Of a DNA stretch of 64,000 nt, positions 35,501 to 44,398 are shown piece by piece. Within the stretch, counting starts at the first letter, position 1. Each line of letters begins with the position of its first letter. The position numbers and the translations under genes were made by a program. The notes below the pieces were generated by a model. That model made no database searches. It was not told the DNA's origin and saw nothing but the letters and a program-made list of their open reading frames with translations. The stretch is from Tetramitus jugosus (taxonomy: Eukaryota > Protista > Heterolobosea), in assembly GCA_937625935.1 (NCBI GenBank), contig OW569367.1, positions 62,001-126,000 of the forward strand. The letters are read 5' to 3'.

Positions 35501-36209
35501 TACATTCTTCTTTGTTGTGGTTTGTTGCTCTCTTGATCTAGCTCTTGAAATTGTTGTTGCTCTTGTTGTGCATGTAGTTCAACTTTGATTAATGGGTGAA
35601 TCGTCAGAGAGGGAGCAGTATCTCTCTCAAATCGAAACGTGTTGACCATTAGTGGAGAAGACGTTGGCGTATCAATGAGAGACGAATTCACTTGAGAAAC
35701 ATACAAGCCCGAAGAGGCTTCGATTCTCTTGTATTGAATGACATGATCAGTCGCTGGAGTGGATGAATAACAACTCGTAGGAGTGAGTGCTCTCGTTGGA
35801 GACGGTGCACCATTTTCCTTGTTCTTCAATGGTTGACTCGTCAAGAGAGGATCATCCTTGGGAACTGTAATCTTGGATCCCATCTTGAACTCTCGGATCG
35901 TTCGATAGTTGGACGATGCAATGGAGCCATGCAATTGAGGAGAACATGTTTTGAGGATCACAGTTTCTCCATTATCTCTCTCACTCTTTGCCCGGTAGAT
36001 CAGTGAATTCTATTTCAGAATGTTGTGAATGAGCGGAGTTAGCTTTTGTGATTTGAGCTCTTCAGAAGTGCGTTAAAACATACCTTTCCGTTGTGGATGA
36101 GCTGCAAGTTTGAGTAGTCACCAACATTATCAAGACCAATTACATTCTCATGACGATTGTTGGTTTCAGACTCGTTGTATTCATGGGTTCCTGGGGTGCT
36201 CTTCGACAT
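29598..36209 (-). CDS. Hybrid histidine kinase: S/T-kinase-like + STAND/AAA ATPase + GAF + HisKA + HATPase_c + receiver; 6 exons
   Basis: Exon 1 MSKSTPG...IHNGK (ATG 36209) splices to NSLIYRAK...VILK. Motifs: GNSGMGKS (Walker A), FIDDLQW, KSVLCVPI..GILYLDN (GAF), HELRNPLNAI, NLLSNAIKFT, DTGIG, GGTGLGL, ILIVDDN, ILMDI.MP and YLTKP. Introns at 36010-36083, 30993-31051, 30542-30616, 30260-30327 and 29850-29912 all keep frame. Confidence 0.92.
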
Positions 36210-36389
36210 ATTTTAGTTGACTAAACCATCGGTTGTTCCACTGAAGACAATCACACGATAATTGATATTATTACGTTAGTAGGGAGATTTTACGAGGTAA
36301 AAAGACGAGAAAAGAAATAATTGCCATGTATAACCATCTTCTGATCTCTTCAGATCGCAAAACTATTTCAAAATTTCTCAGAATTATCT

Positions 36390-37349
36390 TCAACTATTTG
36401 CTGCATCCTCAACTGACAACAATCTGGTCAACTCTCTGTAGATTGACTCTTCATTGTTCGTGTAGGGACTGACACGCTTTGCAATCTTCTTGAGTGAAGC
36501 ACATGCATTGGCAACACAAATACCGTCAAAGTGCTTAAACATCTCCACATCATTCTCACCGTCACCAAACACCACAACCTTGTCATGAGCAATATTCAAT
36601 TGATTGCACAATGTCTGAATAGCAAGACCCTTGTTGGCCAATGGATGCAATATCTCGACATAGAACTGATGATGGTCATGAGTCGCACACTCTGTCTTGA
36701 CCAAGTGCACCGTATCAGACGACGGAAACAGTTTTCTCAAATCACTCAAGATGTGATCAGCATGTGCTTCATTCTCCGTTATAATCAACCCGTTTGTAAT
36801 CTCAGTCTTGTTCTCCAACAATTCATGATAGGAGCTCACGTACTCCCACTTGTGATTACTGGTAATGTCGGCAAACACGGACAAGGTGGACATGAATTGA
36901 TCCTTCTTGCTACTGCTTCTGTCCTCCTTCTTGTTATTTTCTTCTGTTGCTTCACCATCATCCTTGTCCACAACAGCAATGCACCTTCCATTGACATACA
37001 TGGTCAACAACAGTTCATTCCTAGAGCAGTACTCAAACAAGTCAGAATAGAGCACAGAAGGCAATGGCATGTGAAACAATTGCTCCGTTTCATGTGCGGT
37101 TGTCATTTGAAGGCATTTGGCACCATTGTAACCAATCATGAATACTTCATCAGTCATTTTCAACACATTGACGTACAGTGGTGACATGTTCTCGGTCATT
37201 CGTCCACTAGCGAGCACAATCTTGACTCCATGGTCAAAATGGAGTTTTCTAAGAACGGAGATTGTGTTTTCAGTGATAATTTTCTCCGAAGTGAAAAGAG
37301 TGCCATCCAAATCGATAGCTACGAGTGAGTATGGGAAGAGAGAAGACAT
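36390..37349 (-). CDS. HAD-superfamily Cof-type (IIB) hydrolase
   Basis: IDLDGTL, ASGR, YNGA, NKGLAI and FGDGENDVEM. Likely ATG at 37349. Confidence 0.92.
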   Translation of the reverse strand: MSSLFPYSLVAIDLDGTLFTSEKIITENTISVLRKLHFDHGVKIVLASGRMTENMSPLYVNVLKMTDEVFMIGYNGAKCLQMTTAHETEQLFHMPLPSVLYSDLFEYCSRNELLLTMYVNGRCIAVVDKDDGEATEENNKKEDRSSSKKDQFMSTLSVFADITSNHKWEYVSSYHELLENKTEITNGLIITENEAHADHILSDLRKLFPSSDTVHLVKTECATHDHHQFYVEILHPLANKGLAIQTLCNQLNIAHDKVVVFGDGENDVEMFKHFDGICVANACASLKKIAKRVSPYTNNEESIYRELTRLLSVEDAANS

Positions 37350-37516
37350 GTCTGCTGGTAGGACTACTAGAGTGTTTGTTTCACTTTGTTTGCTGGATGC
37401 ATGCGATGTTGGGAGCTTCTTTAAATGGTCCGACGGAGCTAATGGTCGGAGATGACATTTTGCGGGATTGGAACTTTGTCCGTGCGACTCATTTGGCGAT
37501 CCTTCAACAAACACAG

Positions 37517-37984
37517 ATGATTGAAAATGATCCAACTCACGACCCATTCGCAGACATCAACACTGTTGATCAACAAGAGGAACACATTCACATTCGAATA
37601 CGACAGAGAACTCGGAGGAAACTAGTTACTTCCATCGAGGGTTTGAACCCAAAGTTCGACTATAAAAGAGGTTTGAGGCTATTGAAGAAGACGTTCAACT
37701 GTAATGCAGCTTTGACAGATGATCCAGACATTGGTAAAATCATTCATTTGGCTGGCGACCAAAGGTCAATGATAGTACAGTATTTGTATAAGATCAATGA
37801 CAAGTATTTCGGATATGATACTGACAGACGGTGCTTGAGCCTGACTACTCGTGTGGTGGGTTACGGAAGGCCTGTTCTTGTTCTGGTGGAAAAAGAGATC
37901 AGTTTTGAGAAATGTTTTCCAAAGTTTCACGAGTCAACAAGTCACAGTATGCTCTATGATATCACTATCATAACATTGGATTGA
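37517..37984 (+). CDS. SUI1: Divergent translation initiation factor eIF1/SUI1 homolog with extended C-terminus
   Basis: DPFAD, HIHIRIRQRTRRKLVTSIEGL, LKKTFNCNA and GKIIHLAGDQR. Start codon uncertain (37517 or 37442). Confidence 0.8.
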   Translation: MIENDPTHDPFADINTVDQQEEHIHIRIRQRTRRKLVTSIEGLNPKFDYKRGLRLLKKTFNCNAALTDDPDIGKIIHLAGDQRSMIVQYLYKINDKYFGYDTDRRCLSLTTRVVGYGRPVLVLVEKEISFEKCFPKFHESTSHSMLYDITIITLD

Positions 37985-38128
37985 TAAATTGCCAAGTTAA
38001 CTGGATCTTTTTGTTGCTGCAGCAAATCCAAAGCTGGTGCTTACAATGAAGCATAGGTAACAAATCATTTAATGAATTCTTACAGTACATGCAGTATCGA
38101 ACGATCTGTTTTGGATTCAAGTTAGCTA

Positions 38129-38854
38129 TTAGTGGCGTTGAAGTCGTGCTTCAATCGCGCGACGCGCGACTTCTCTTCTGTGCTCCACAGAATTTTCTGC
38201 ATAACCAGTTGTTGTTTCAATGCTTCTGTCTCCTCCGAGTTGATGAACAACAGGACTTGGAGCTGCATTGCTTTGTTCCTCTCTGTCAGCTGATATGTTT
38301 GGCGTCACCTCAGGATTTGGCATTGTAGGAGCAGGTCTGCTGTGGTAGCCAAAGCTAAGACTAGGGCCACTAAGTACATTGTCTCTCTCCCACCACTCCT
38401 TATTGTTGGGATTTAGCTTTTTAGCTTCCTCTTCATCCAAGACTAGTGTTTCTGTGGGTTTTGGCTTCTCTCTTGCTTTCAATCCATCTCCCTCCTCCAT
38501 CATGGACAATGAAGGAATCAACATGTGTTCAGACGTGTTTATCAGCAAGAGAGTCGATCCCGGACGCACCCAATAATCATCCAGAGTCCTCTCATCCTTG
38601 AGAATGGTTTTGCCGCGACGTAGTTCTTGATCTTCGATTTTGATGCCTTCAGCATCTTCAATCATTTCTTTCAACTCTCGCACAGAGCATTGAGAAGAGG
38701 GAACATTGACAGTGAATCGTCTTCCAGTCAGAGTCGCAATCTTACCCTTGATCAACATGTCTTCACTCCATCCTCTGGACAGTATCACCCTCAGATTTCT
38801 GTCCGTAAAAATCTCGATGGTCATCATCGACGTGGCTTGATCATGATCAGACAT
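38129..38854 (-). CDS. Ubiquitin-like domain protein with C-terminal VIM-like helix
   Basis: IATLTGRRFTVNV..SVRELKEMIEDAEGIKIEDQEL...ILKDERTLDDY.V..GSTLLL (ubiquitin fold, no diGly). Alternative start at 38758. Confidence 0.8.
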   Translation of the reverse strand: MSDHDQATSMMTIEIFTDRNLRVILSRGWSEDMLIKGKIATLTGRRFTVNVPSSQCSVRELKEMIEDAEGIKIEDQELRRGKTILKDERTLDDYWVRPGSTLLLINTSEHMLIPSLSMMEEGDGLKAREKPKPTETLVLDEEEAKKLNPNNKEWWERDNVLSGPSLSFGYHSRPAPTMPNPEVTPNISADREEQSNAAPSPVVHQLGGDRSIETTTGYAENSVEHRREVARRAIEARLQRH

Positions 38855-39090
38855 GGTTTGGTAAGTCTATCGATTTTGATGCAAGTGAAAGAACTGGCTT
38901 GGATTTTTTTTAGATCTGGAATACTCAATTACCCCGTTGTTGGACCAACACTACAGAACTGCTATGGAACTTGAAGAGAATGGAATGGCTTCATTAGCAG
39001 AAAAAACAAGTCCAAAGAATTCAGGCCTGAATTCAACAAATAGAACACCACAGGCAACGCAGTATTGCACCGTCAAGAATTCAATTTGCC

Positions 39091-40539
39091 ATGTTTTTGT
39101 TCAAGAAAAAAATCGCCACCACAACACTTGCCACAGGGAACAACAACAATAGCAACGATAGCATCATGACAAAAGCAGAAGATGACTACTACGAGTACAC
39201 GAATGACGATTTCCATGAGCTTAACACGCTCACCACATCCACCGTTCACACACAAGTTCGAAAGCTATTGTTACACTATTCTAAGCTCATGAAACAACAT
39301 GTGGAATTTCAATCGTTGAGACAACTGGAACAATCGAAACGGATTTCTCAGAACAACAACATTAGCAAGATTTCTGATCAGGATCTGGAAGATAAAGTGG
39401 TGCATGTGCACAGTATTTTGCCTCATGTGTCATTGGATGACATTAGACTGGTACTGCAACATCGAACAACAGGTTCCATTGATGCCACTCTAGATTTTCT
39501 GTTGTCTGATGGTGTGGAATCACAGTTGAAGACTTTGCGAATGACAGCAGTGAACAATGAAAGCAGCAGCAGCAGTAGCAGTAGCAGTATTCATGATAGT
39601 TCACATCAATTGAGTGAGTTGAATGAAGTGGTCGATGTGGGACTATTCATGCACAGACAACAGCAAATGGCACATGTTCGAGAAAAGGTGAAGCGCAACA
39701 GCGAATTGGAACAAACATACATTTCACAGTTGACAAAAAAGGAGCACTTGCGTTCTCAGGTTGATCTCATGACCAACTCACCATCACCACTGTCGATTGA
39801 CCACAATGACGACGTTGAAACAATGTCCAAGCGGAAAAAGTTGTCTGTTGAAAGAAAATTGATTGACAAGAAGATGAGAGAGGACAAGTTGCAGCGAAGC
39901 ACGCGATTTTTCTGTCAAGGAGAGGTGGAAGCCTTACAAAAAAAGAGTTTTGTGCGCTATCCACTGTTGAAAACCAATGTTTTTGATTGTGATGCAGAGC
40001 ATATCCATTTTAGAATGGCAGAGTCACAATTTCAGAGACAGGGAAGCACAGCATATGGTGGTGGAGGATCCTATCGGATCACAAGTGTCGAATACATTGT
40101 AAATCCAACATTAGTCGCCAAGTTCAATCAATGTAAGATTGACTTGGCTCAAAACCATGGATTCTTGGTGGAAAGTATGAAACCATTGTTGCTCTTCCAT
40201 GGAACCAGCGATGTCAACATGGAAAACATTATTAAGACGAATTTCTTGTTAGAAAGGGTTGGCAGCTCCACGGATCTTGGGTACTATGGCAGGGGATTCT
40301 ACTTCTCAGAGTATCCTGGTTTAAGTATCTCTTATTCGAGAGGAAATCCATACTTGTTGATTTGTCTCGTACTTGTAGGAAAGGCTCATCGAATGGAACA
40401 AGTTCAGACCGGTTGTCCCAAAGTTGATGGGTTCGATAGTCATGTGAGTCCTGACGGTTCGACCGAAGTGATCATTTTCAATCCAGATCAAGTGTTGCCA
40501 TGCTACAAAGTCAAGTATGAAGCCGCTCAAGGATACTAA
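39091..40539 (+). CDS. PARP-type ADP-ribosyltransferase with CUE-like ubiquitin-binding domain
   Basis: LLFHGTS, GYYGRGFYF, ICLVLVG, FDSHV and TEVIIFNPDQVLPCY (H-Y-E triad). N-terminal KVVHVHSILPHVSLDDIRLVL...GSIDATLDFLL is CUE-like. Confidence 0.85.
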   Translation: MFLFKKKIATTTLATGNNNNSNDSIMTKAEDDYYEYTNDDFHELNTLTTSTVHTQVRKLLLHYSKLMKQHVEFQSLRQLEQSKRISQNNNISKISDQDLEDKVVHVHSILPHVSLDDIRLVLQHRTTGSIDATLDFLLSDGVESQLKTLRMTAVNNESSSSSSSSSIHDSSHQLSELNEVVDVGLFMHRQQQMAHVREKVKRNSELEQTYISQLTKKEHLRSQVDLMTNSPSPLSIDHNDDVETMSKRKKLSVERKLIDKKMREDKLQRSTRFFCQGEVEALQKKSFVRYPLLKTNVFDCDAEHIHFRMAESQFQRQGSTAYGGGGSYRITSVEYIVNPTLVAKFNQCKIDLAQNHGFLVESMKPLLLFHGTSDVNMENIIKTNFLLERVGSSTDLGYYGRGFYFSEYPGLSISYSRGNPYLLICLVLVGKAHRMEQVQTGCPKVDGFDSHVSPDGSTEVIIFNPDQVLPCYKVKYEAAQGY

Positions 40540-40607
40540 CAACAGAACACGACCTTTGTAAATCAATTGTAAATTTTCAACCATGCAACAAATCTTCGCT
40601 CAACAGA

Positions 40608-40669
40608 TAACAGTGCCCTTGGGCAAGAGAAAAAAGAAGAAGAAAAAGAATTTCCCAAGGGCACTGTTA
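40608..40669. repeat. Perfect 16-bp inverted repeat with 30-nt purine-rich loop
   Basis: TAACAGTGCCCTTGGG (40608-40623) is the exact reverse complement of CCCAAGGGCACTGTTA (40654-40669). Confidence 0.9.
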
Positions 40670-40793
40670 GCTATGATGGTTGACCTTTCAACCAGAGCTC
40701 AATACCAACAAAACTTATGGTCAACCAGAACAGAGGGAACAGAACAACAAAATCTGATAAATACAAAAGATGTGGCTTTATGTAGCACCCAGA

Positions 40794-41429
40794 TCACACG
40801 GAAGAGTAATAGCGATGATTGTTAGGAGACAAGTTAATATAACCTGCTCTTCTCTTTCTACTGTTGCTGTTACCGCAACAGCACATGCAACAAGCTACAG
40901 GCAGAACAATGTAGACAAACAGACATATCAAGGCAAACAACACAATTGCACCAACTCCAACGCCAATCAACCAATTAGGAACATGAACGATAATAGTGCT
41001 GTGACCAGTGACATGCGTCTGATGGATACCCAGATTCCTAATCACCATATAAACAGGTCCATTGTATCTCTTGTTGAACGTGGATGGATTCTTGCCCGTT
41101 GTGTCATCAGAATCAATTGAAAGAGTGGCCACAGTGTTTGGAAACACAGAAATGTACTCTTTGATTGGCTTTCCAAGCAATCCAGAGCTGTTCGTATAAA
41201 TGTCGAACTGCTTCTGATCAAAAAAGTAAAAAGTACAGAGCATCGTGTCACATGAGGCTTGCAGCTTCACAGAGCTTGCAATACCTGGCACAAAGCCCAC
41301 CCAGACCTTAATGGGATCGATATTGGTGGATATCGATTGTGTAACGTTGGCATCCCATGCATGAACACCATGGGACGTGATTATCAACAATAGAGCAATG
41401 GTAGTGACAATGAGGAGTTGAATCTTCAT
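40794..41429 (-). CDS. Single-pass type I membrane protein with Cys-rich juxtamembrane tail
   Basis: Signal peptide MKIQLLIVTTIALLLIITSHGVHA, ectodomain, TM WLIGVGVGAIVLFALICLFVYIVL, then ACCMCCC and a basic tail. Confidence 0.75.
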   Translation of the reverse strand: MKIQLLIVTTIALLLIITSHGVHAWDANVTQSISTNIDPIKVWVGFVPGIASSVKLQASCDTMLCTFYFFDQKQFDIYTNSSGLLGKPIKEYISVFPNTVATLSIDSDDTTGKNPSTFNKRYNGPVYMVIRNLGIHQTHVTGHSTIIVHVPNWLIGVGVGAIVLFALICLFVYIVLPVACCMCCCGNSNSRKRRAGYINLSPNNHRYYSSV

Positions 41430-41598
41430 CTTGATATGGACTCTGAATGATAGTGCAGTTTGTTTTCTTTCCTCAGGAACTGTCAATTCAAAATTTTCGC
41501 GACAGGAGAAACACCTTGGAAGTTTCGACTGAAGATTCTGCGACGACATGCCGAAGTTTGCAGAGATGGATGACACTTTTGAGTGGCTGAGTATGGCA

Positions 41599-42050
41599 TC
41601 AAAATATCTTTCTTAGGTACAATGTCACATTATGACATGGTCTCGCATGTGAGATCCTTGATGTTGCTATGCTGAATATGCAAGGGGTCTTGAGAAGTAC
41701 AGGCGTAGTAAGAGCATCTGAGTCCTCGTGTAACTGTCCAGGTTGAAGAACGAAAACAACCACTGGGAACAACATGACACAGAGCCCCACAATCCATGAA
41801 CTCATCTGACTTGCGGAAGGAGATAACCCAGAGAAAATAAGCAAATCATTCTTCACACGCGATAAAAGGTTCGGGATTTGGAATAGTACATCCAGGTTCA
41901 GCCCCAGAGAAACTAGTGCAGCCAGAAGGAATGTGAGAATTTTGATTCCAGACTGTGGGGAAATCCAATCTTCTTGAACTTCATACAATGAGCGATGAGA
42001 GAACAATTTCTTTTGACGTGCAAGAATGGCAATGAAGAAGGGACCTCATC
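41599..42050 (-). CDS. Possible last exon of a small membrane-protein gene, or a pseudogene
   Basis: Open frame GPFFIAILARQKKLFSHRSLYEVQEDWISPQSGIKILTFLLAALVSLGL...SWIVGLCVMLFPVVVFVL with two TM-like segments. I could not find a convincing start or 5' exon. Confidence 0.3.
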
Positions 42051-42326
42051 AAACGTAAGTAGACTTGGTATGATATCTGTGATATGATATGTTTCGAGTT
42101 CCACCTGGTTGTTCAAAAAGCTGAATTGACTTCTGAGCCCCATTGTTTCCACCTGAACAACTAATCCTTTGCGTCTTAAACAATAACCATTTAAAATGCC
42201 CACAATTCTTACAATGGACTTATTCTGTGTGTCGATTTGATTCTGTTGCCAATCGGTTAATCCCTCCAATAGTAAATTACTCTTGTAACCTTTCAAATTT
42301 TCCGCTGCGCCGAAGTGAAAAAACAA

Positions 42327-42935
42327 ATGAGAGCCATTTTGAATTGGTATTTGCACCATTTGGCACATAATCCTATTGCCACAAAATGCCTGTCATCCAC
42401 TGTTATTGTTGGATCAGGTGATGCACTGACACAACTCATTGAAATGAACAACAAAAATAGTGCACAACCACAATCGCAACAAAAGTTCAATTTTCAACGT
42501 TGCTTGAAGATGGCTTCTTACGGAACGATACTAGGACCCACACTTCACATTTGGTACAAGTTTTTGATGCGTACTTCGGATAAATTTGTTTCTCCGAATC
42601 GACCGCTTAGACAAGCTGTAGTTCAGACGGTGATTGATCAGACCACGTGGGCTCCTGTGAGTATTCTGTTGTTTTATAGCTACATGAATGTATTGGAAGG
42701 TAAATCACCGAATGAATTGAAACAAAAGCTACGAGATCAATTCCTTGATACGTTGAAGATGAATTATTACATTTGGCCTGCTGTGCAAGTCTTTAATTTT
42801 TGTTTTGTGCCGCTCATGTACAGAGTTTTGTTTGTGAATTGTGTGGCATTGTTCTGGAATGCATACTTGAGCTTTACGCAGTACGACACTGACAATAAGG
42901 ATCATGATACGGCACATGAACAACAAAAACAATAA
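42327..42935 (+). CDS. Mpv17/PMP22 family membrane protein
   Basis: WYLHHLAHNPIATK, GDALTQ, GPTLHIWYKFL, DQTTWAP, IWPAVQVFNFCFVP and FWNAYLS. Confidence 0.92.
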   Translation: MRAILNWYLHHLAHNPIATKCLSSTVIVGSGDALTQLIEMNNKNSAQPQSQQKFNFQRCLKMASYGTILGPTLHIWYKFLMRTSDKFVSPNRPLRQAVVQTVIDQTTWAPVSILLFYSYMNVLEGKSPNELKQKLRDQFLDTLKMNYYIWPAVQVFNFCFVPLMYRVLFVNCVALFWNAYLSFTQYDTDNKDHDTAHEQQKQ

Positions 42936-43032
42936 TGGCCGACTATGTATTTTATAATATATTACAAGCTTATTGTCTCTCTTTGTTGCGACATGGATGC
43001 ACAACACAAAAACGAATTCGTATCCGAATAAA

Positions 43033-44193
43033 TTAAATAAAAATGGATTGATTGTATACAATGTTCGCACTTGACAATAAGAAATCATCGTCAATGTCCA
43101 CGATCGATACTCCATCACTACTACTATTGCAACTCACCATAAAACAGTCCCTACTGTTGCTATTGCTACTACTACTACTGCTACTACTGCTACCATTATT
43201 CACACTATAATAACTAAGATTGGTTGTCGTATGGTACTGATCATCTCCATTCAAATCACCGTCTTCCAATTCGATAAATGGAGTATATGGATCCAAAAAG
43301 AGTGGTTTTCGCTTTTGATTGCTACTACTACTATTAATGTGAGAATTTGTTTTTCTAATCGAGGAAGAAGGCGTAGGTGACGATGACCTATTCGTACTCA
43401 TTGTCGTACTCGTATTCGTTCTACTGTTGCGAACCGGTGCAGTCGATGATGACGATGATGCTATAGTATTACTCGTATTGTTGTTCGTAGATGCAGTTGA
43501 TGCTACATTTGTAGTTGTTGTCGTGGAAGGCAAATTGACACCATTCATTGTTTCAACATTAAAATAATCGTATTTGATGGCGACTCTGCGTGTTGCTTGA
43601 ACACGTTTCGCTGCCATCATCAAATGATTTTCATCATTGATTTCACTAGTGGTGATGGGTGGTGATGACGATGATGACAATGGTTCAGTGGATTCACTAC
43701 TATTCTCATTATTATCCTTATTGATTGATTCTGCACTCTTTTTCGTTACTGTCGACAAAATATTCACTTGTTGTTGTTGTTGTTGCTTATTATTCTTACA
43801 TTGATGGGTTGTTTGGTCATTGTCTTCACCACATTCATTCACGTAGACCATTGTGTGTTCAGCAGATGCCAATGAGAGAACAATCGTGTCATCAACATCA
43901 TCAATTGCAGCTAATGTACTCTTTTGTTGTTGTTGTTGTTGTTGTTGTTGTGGAAATGAAGAAGCAGAAGGAGATGGTGGGGAAAATGAAGTGGTGGGTG
44001 GTGAAGAAGAAGAGGAAACATAGGACAGTGTACATTCTTTCTCATTGTTCAAGTCTTGATTTTTTCTTCGTCGGCTACTGCCAAGTAGAATAGGTGCCGT
44101 TGTTGTTGTTGTTGTTACTGTCGGACTACTACAACTATTGTTGTTATTGTTCATGATGATGTGATGATTGGTGTTGTCTGGGTGAGTGGTCAT
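43033..44193 (-). CDS. Hypothetical low-complexity (S/T/N/Q-rich) protein
   Basis: 386-aa ATG ORF with homopolymeric tracts typical of this genome; no recognisable domain. Confidence 0.6.
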   Translation of the reverse strand: MTTHPDNTNHHIIMNNNNNSCSSPTVTTTTTTAPILLGSSRRRKNQDLNNEKECTLSYVSSSSSPPTTSFSPPSPSASSFPQQQQQQQQQKSTLAAIDDVDDTIVLSLASAEHTMVYVNECGEDNDQTTHQCKNNKQQQQQQVNILSTVTKKSAESINKDNNENSSESTEPLSSSSSPPITTSEINDENHLMMAAKRVQATRRVAIKYDYFNVETMNGVNLPSTTTTTNVASTASTNNNTSNTIASSSSSTAPVRNSRTNTSTTMSTNRSSSPTPSSSIRKTNSHINSSSSNQKRKPLFLDPYTPFIELEDGDLNGDDQYHTTTNLSYYSVNNGSSSSSSSSSNSNSRDCFMVSCNSSSDGVSIVDIDDDFLLSSANIVYNQSIFI

Positions 44194-44398
44194 CGTCTTC
44201 TATTTACTCGATAACGAATGTCGTTTTCAGTTTGTGAAAAAGCTGAACTCGGCGGTGATGTTTCGTTAGCAGAGAGTCCTGTCGGAGGAATCACCCGTCA
44301 TCTGTTTCCGATATCGAACAAAAAGGCGTTTTACGACGGGTGAAGCAACTTCTGATGCTTTGGAATAATAATACGAGCGGAAATTATTGAAGAAACAG

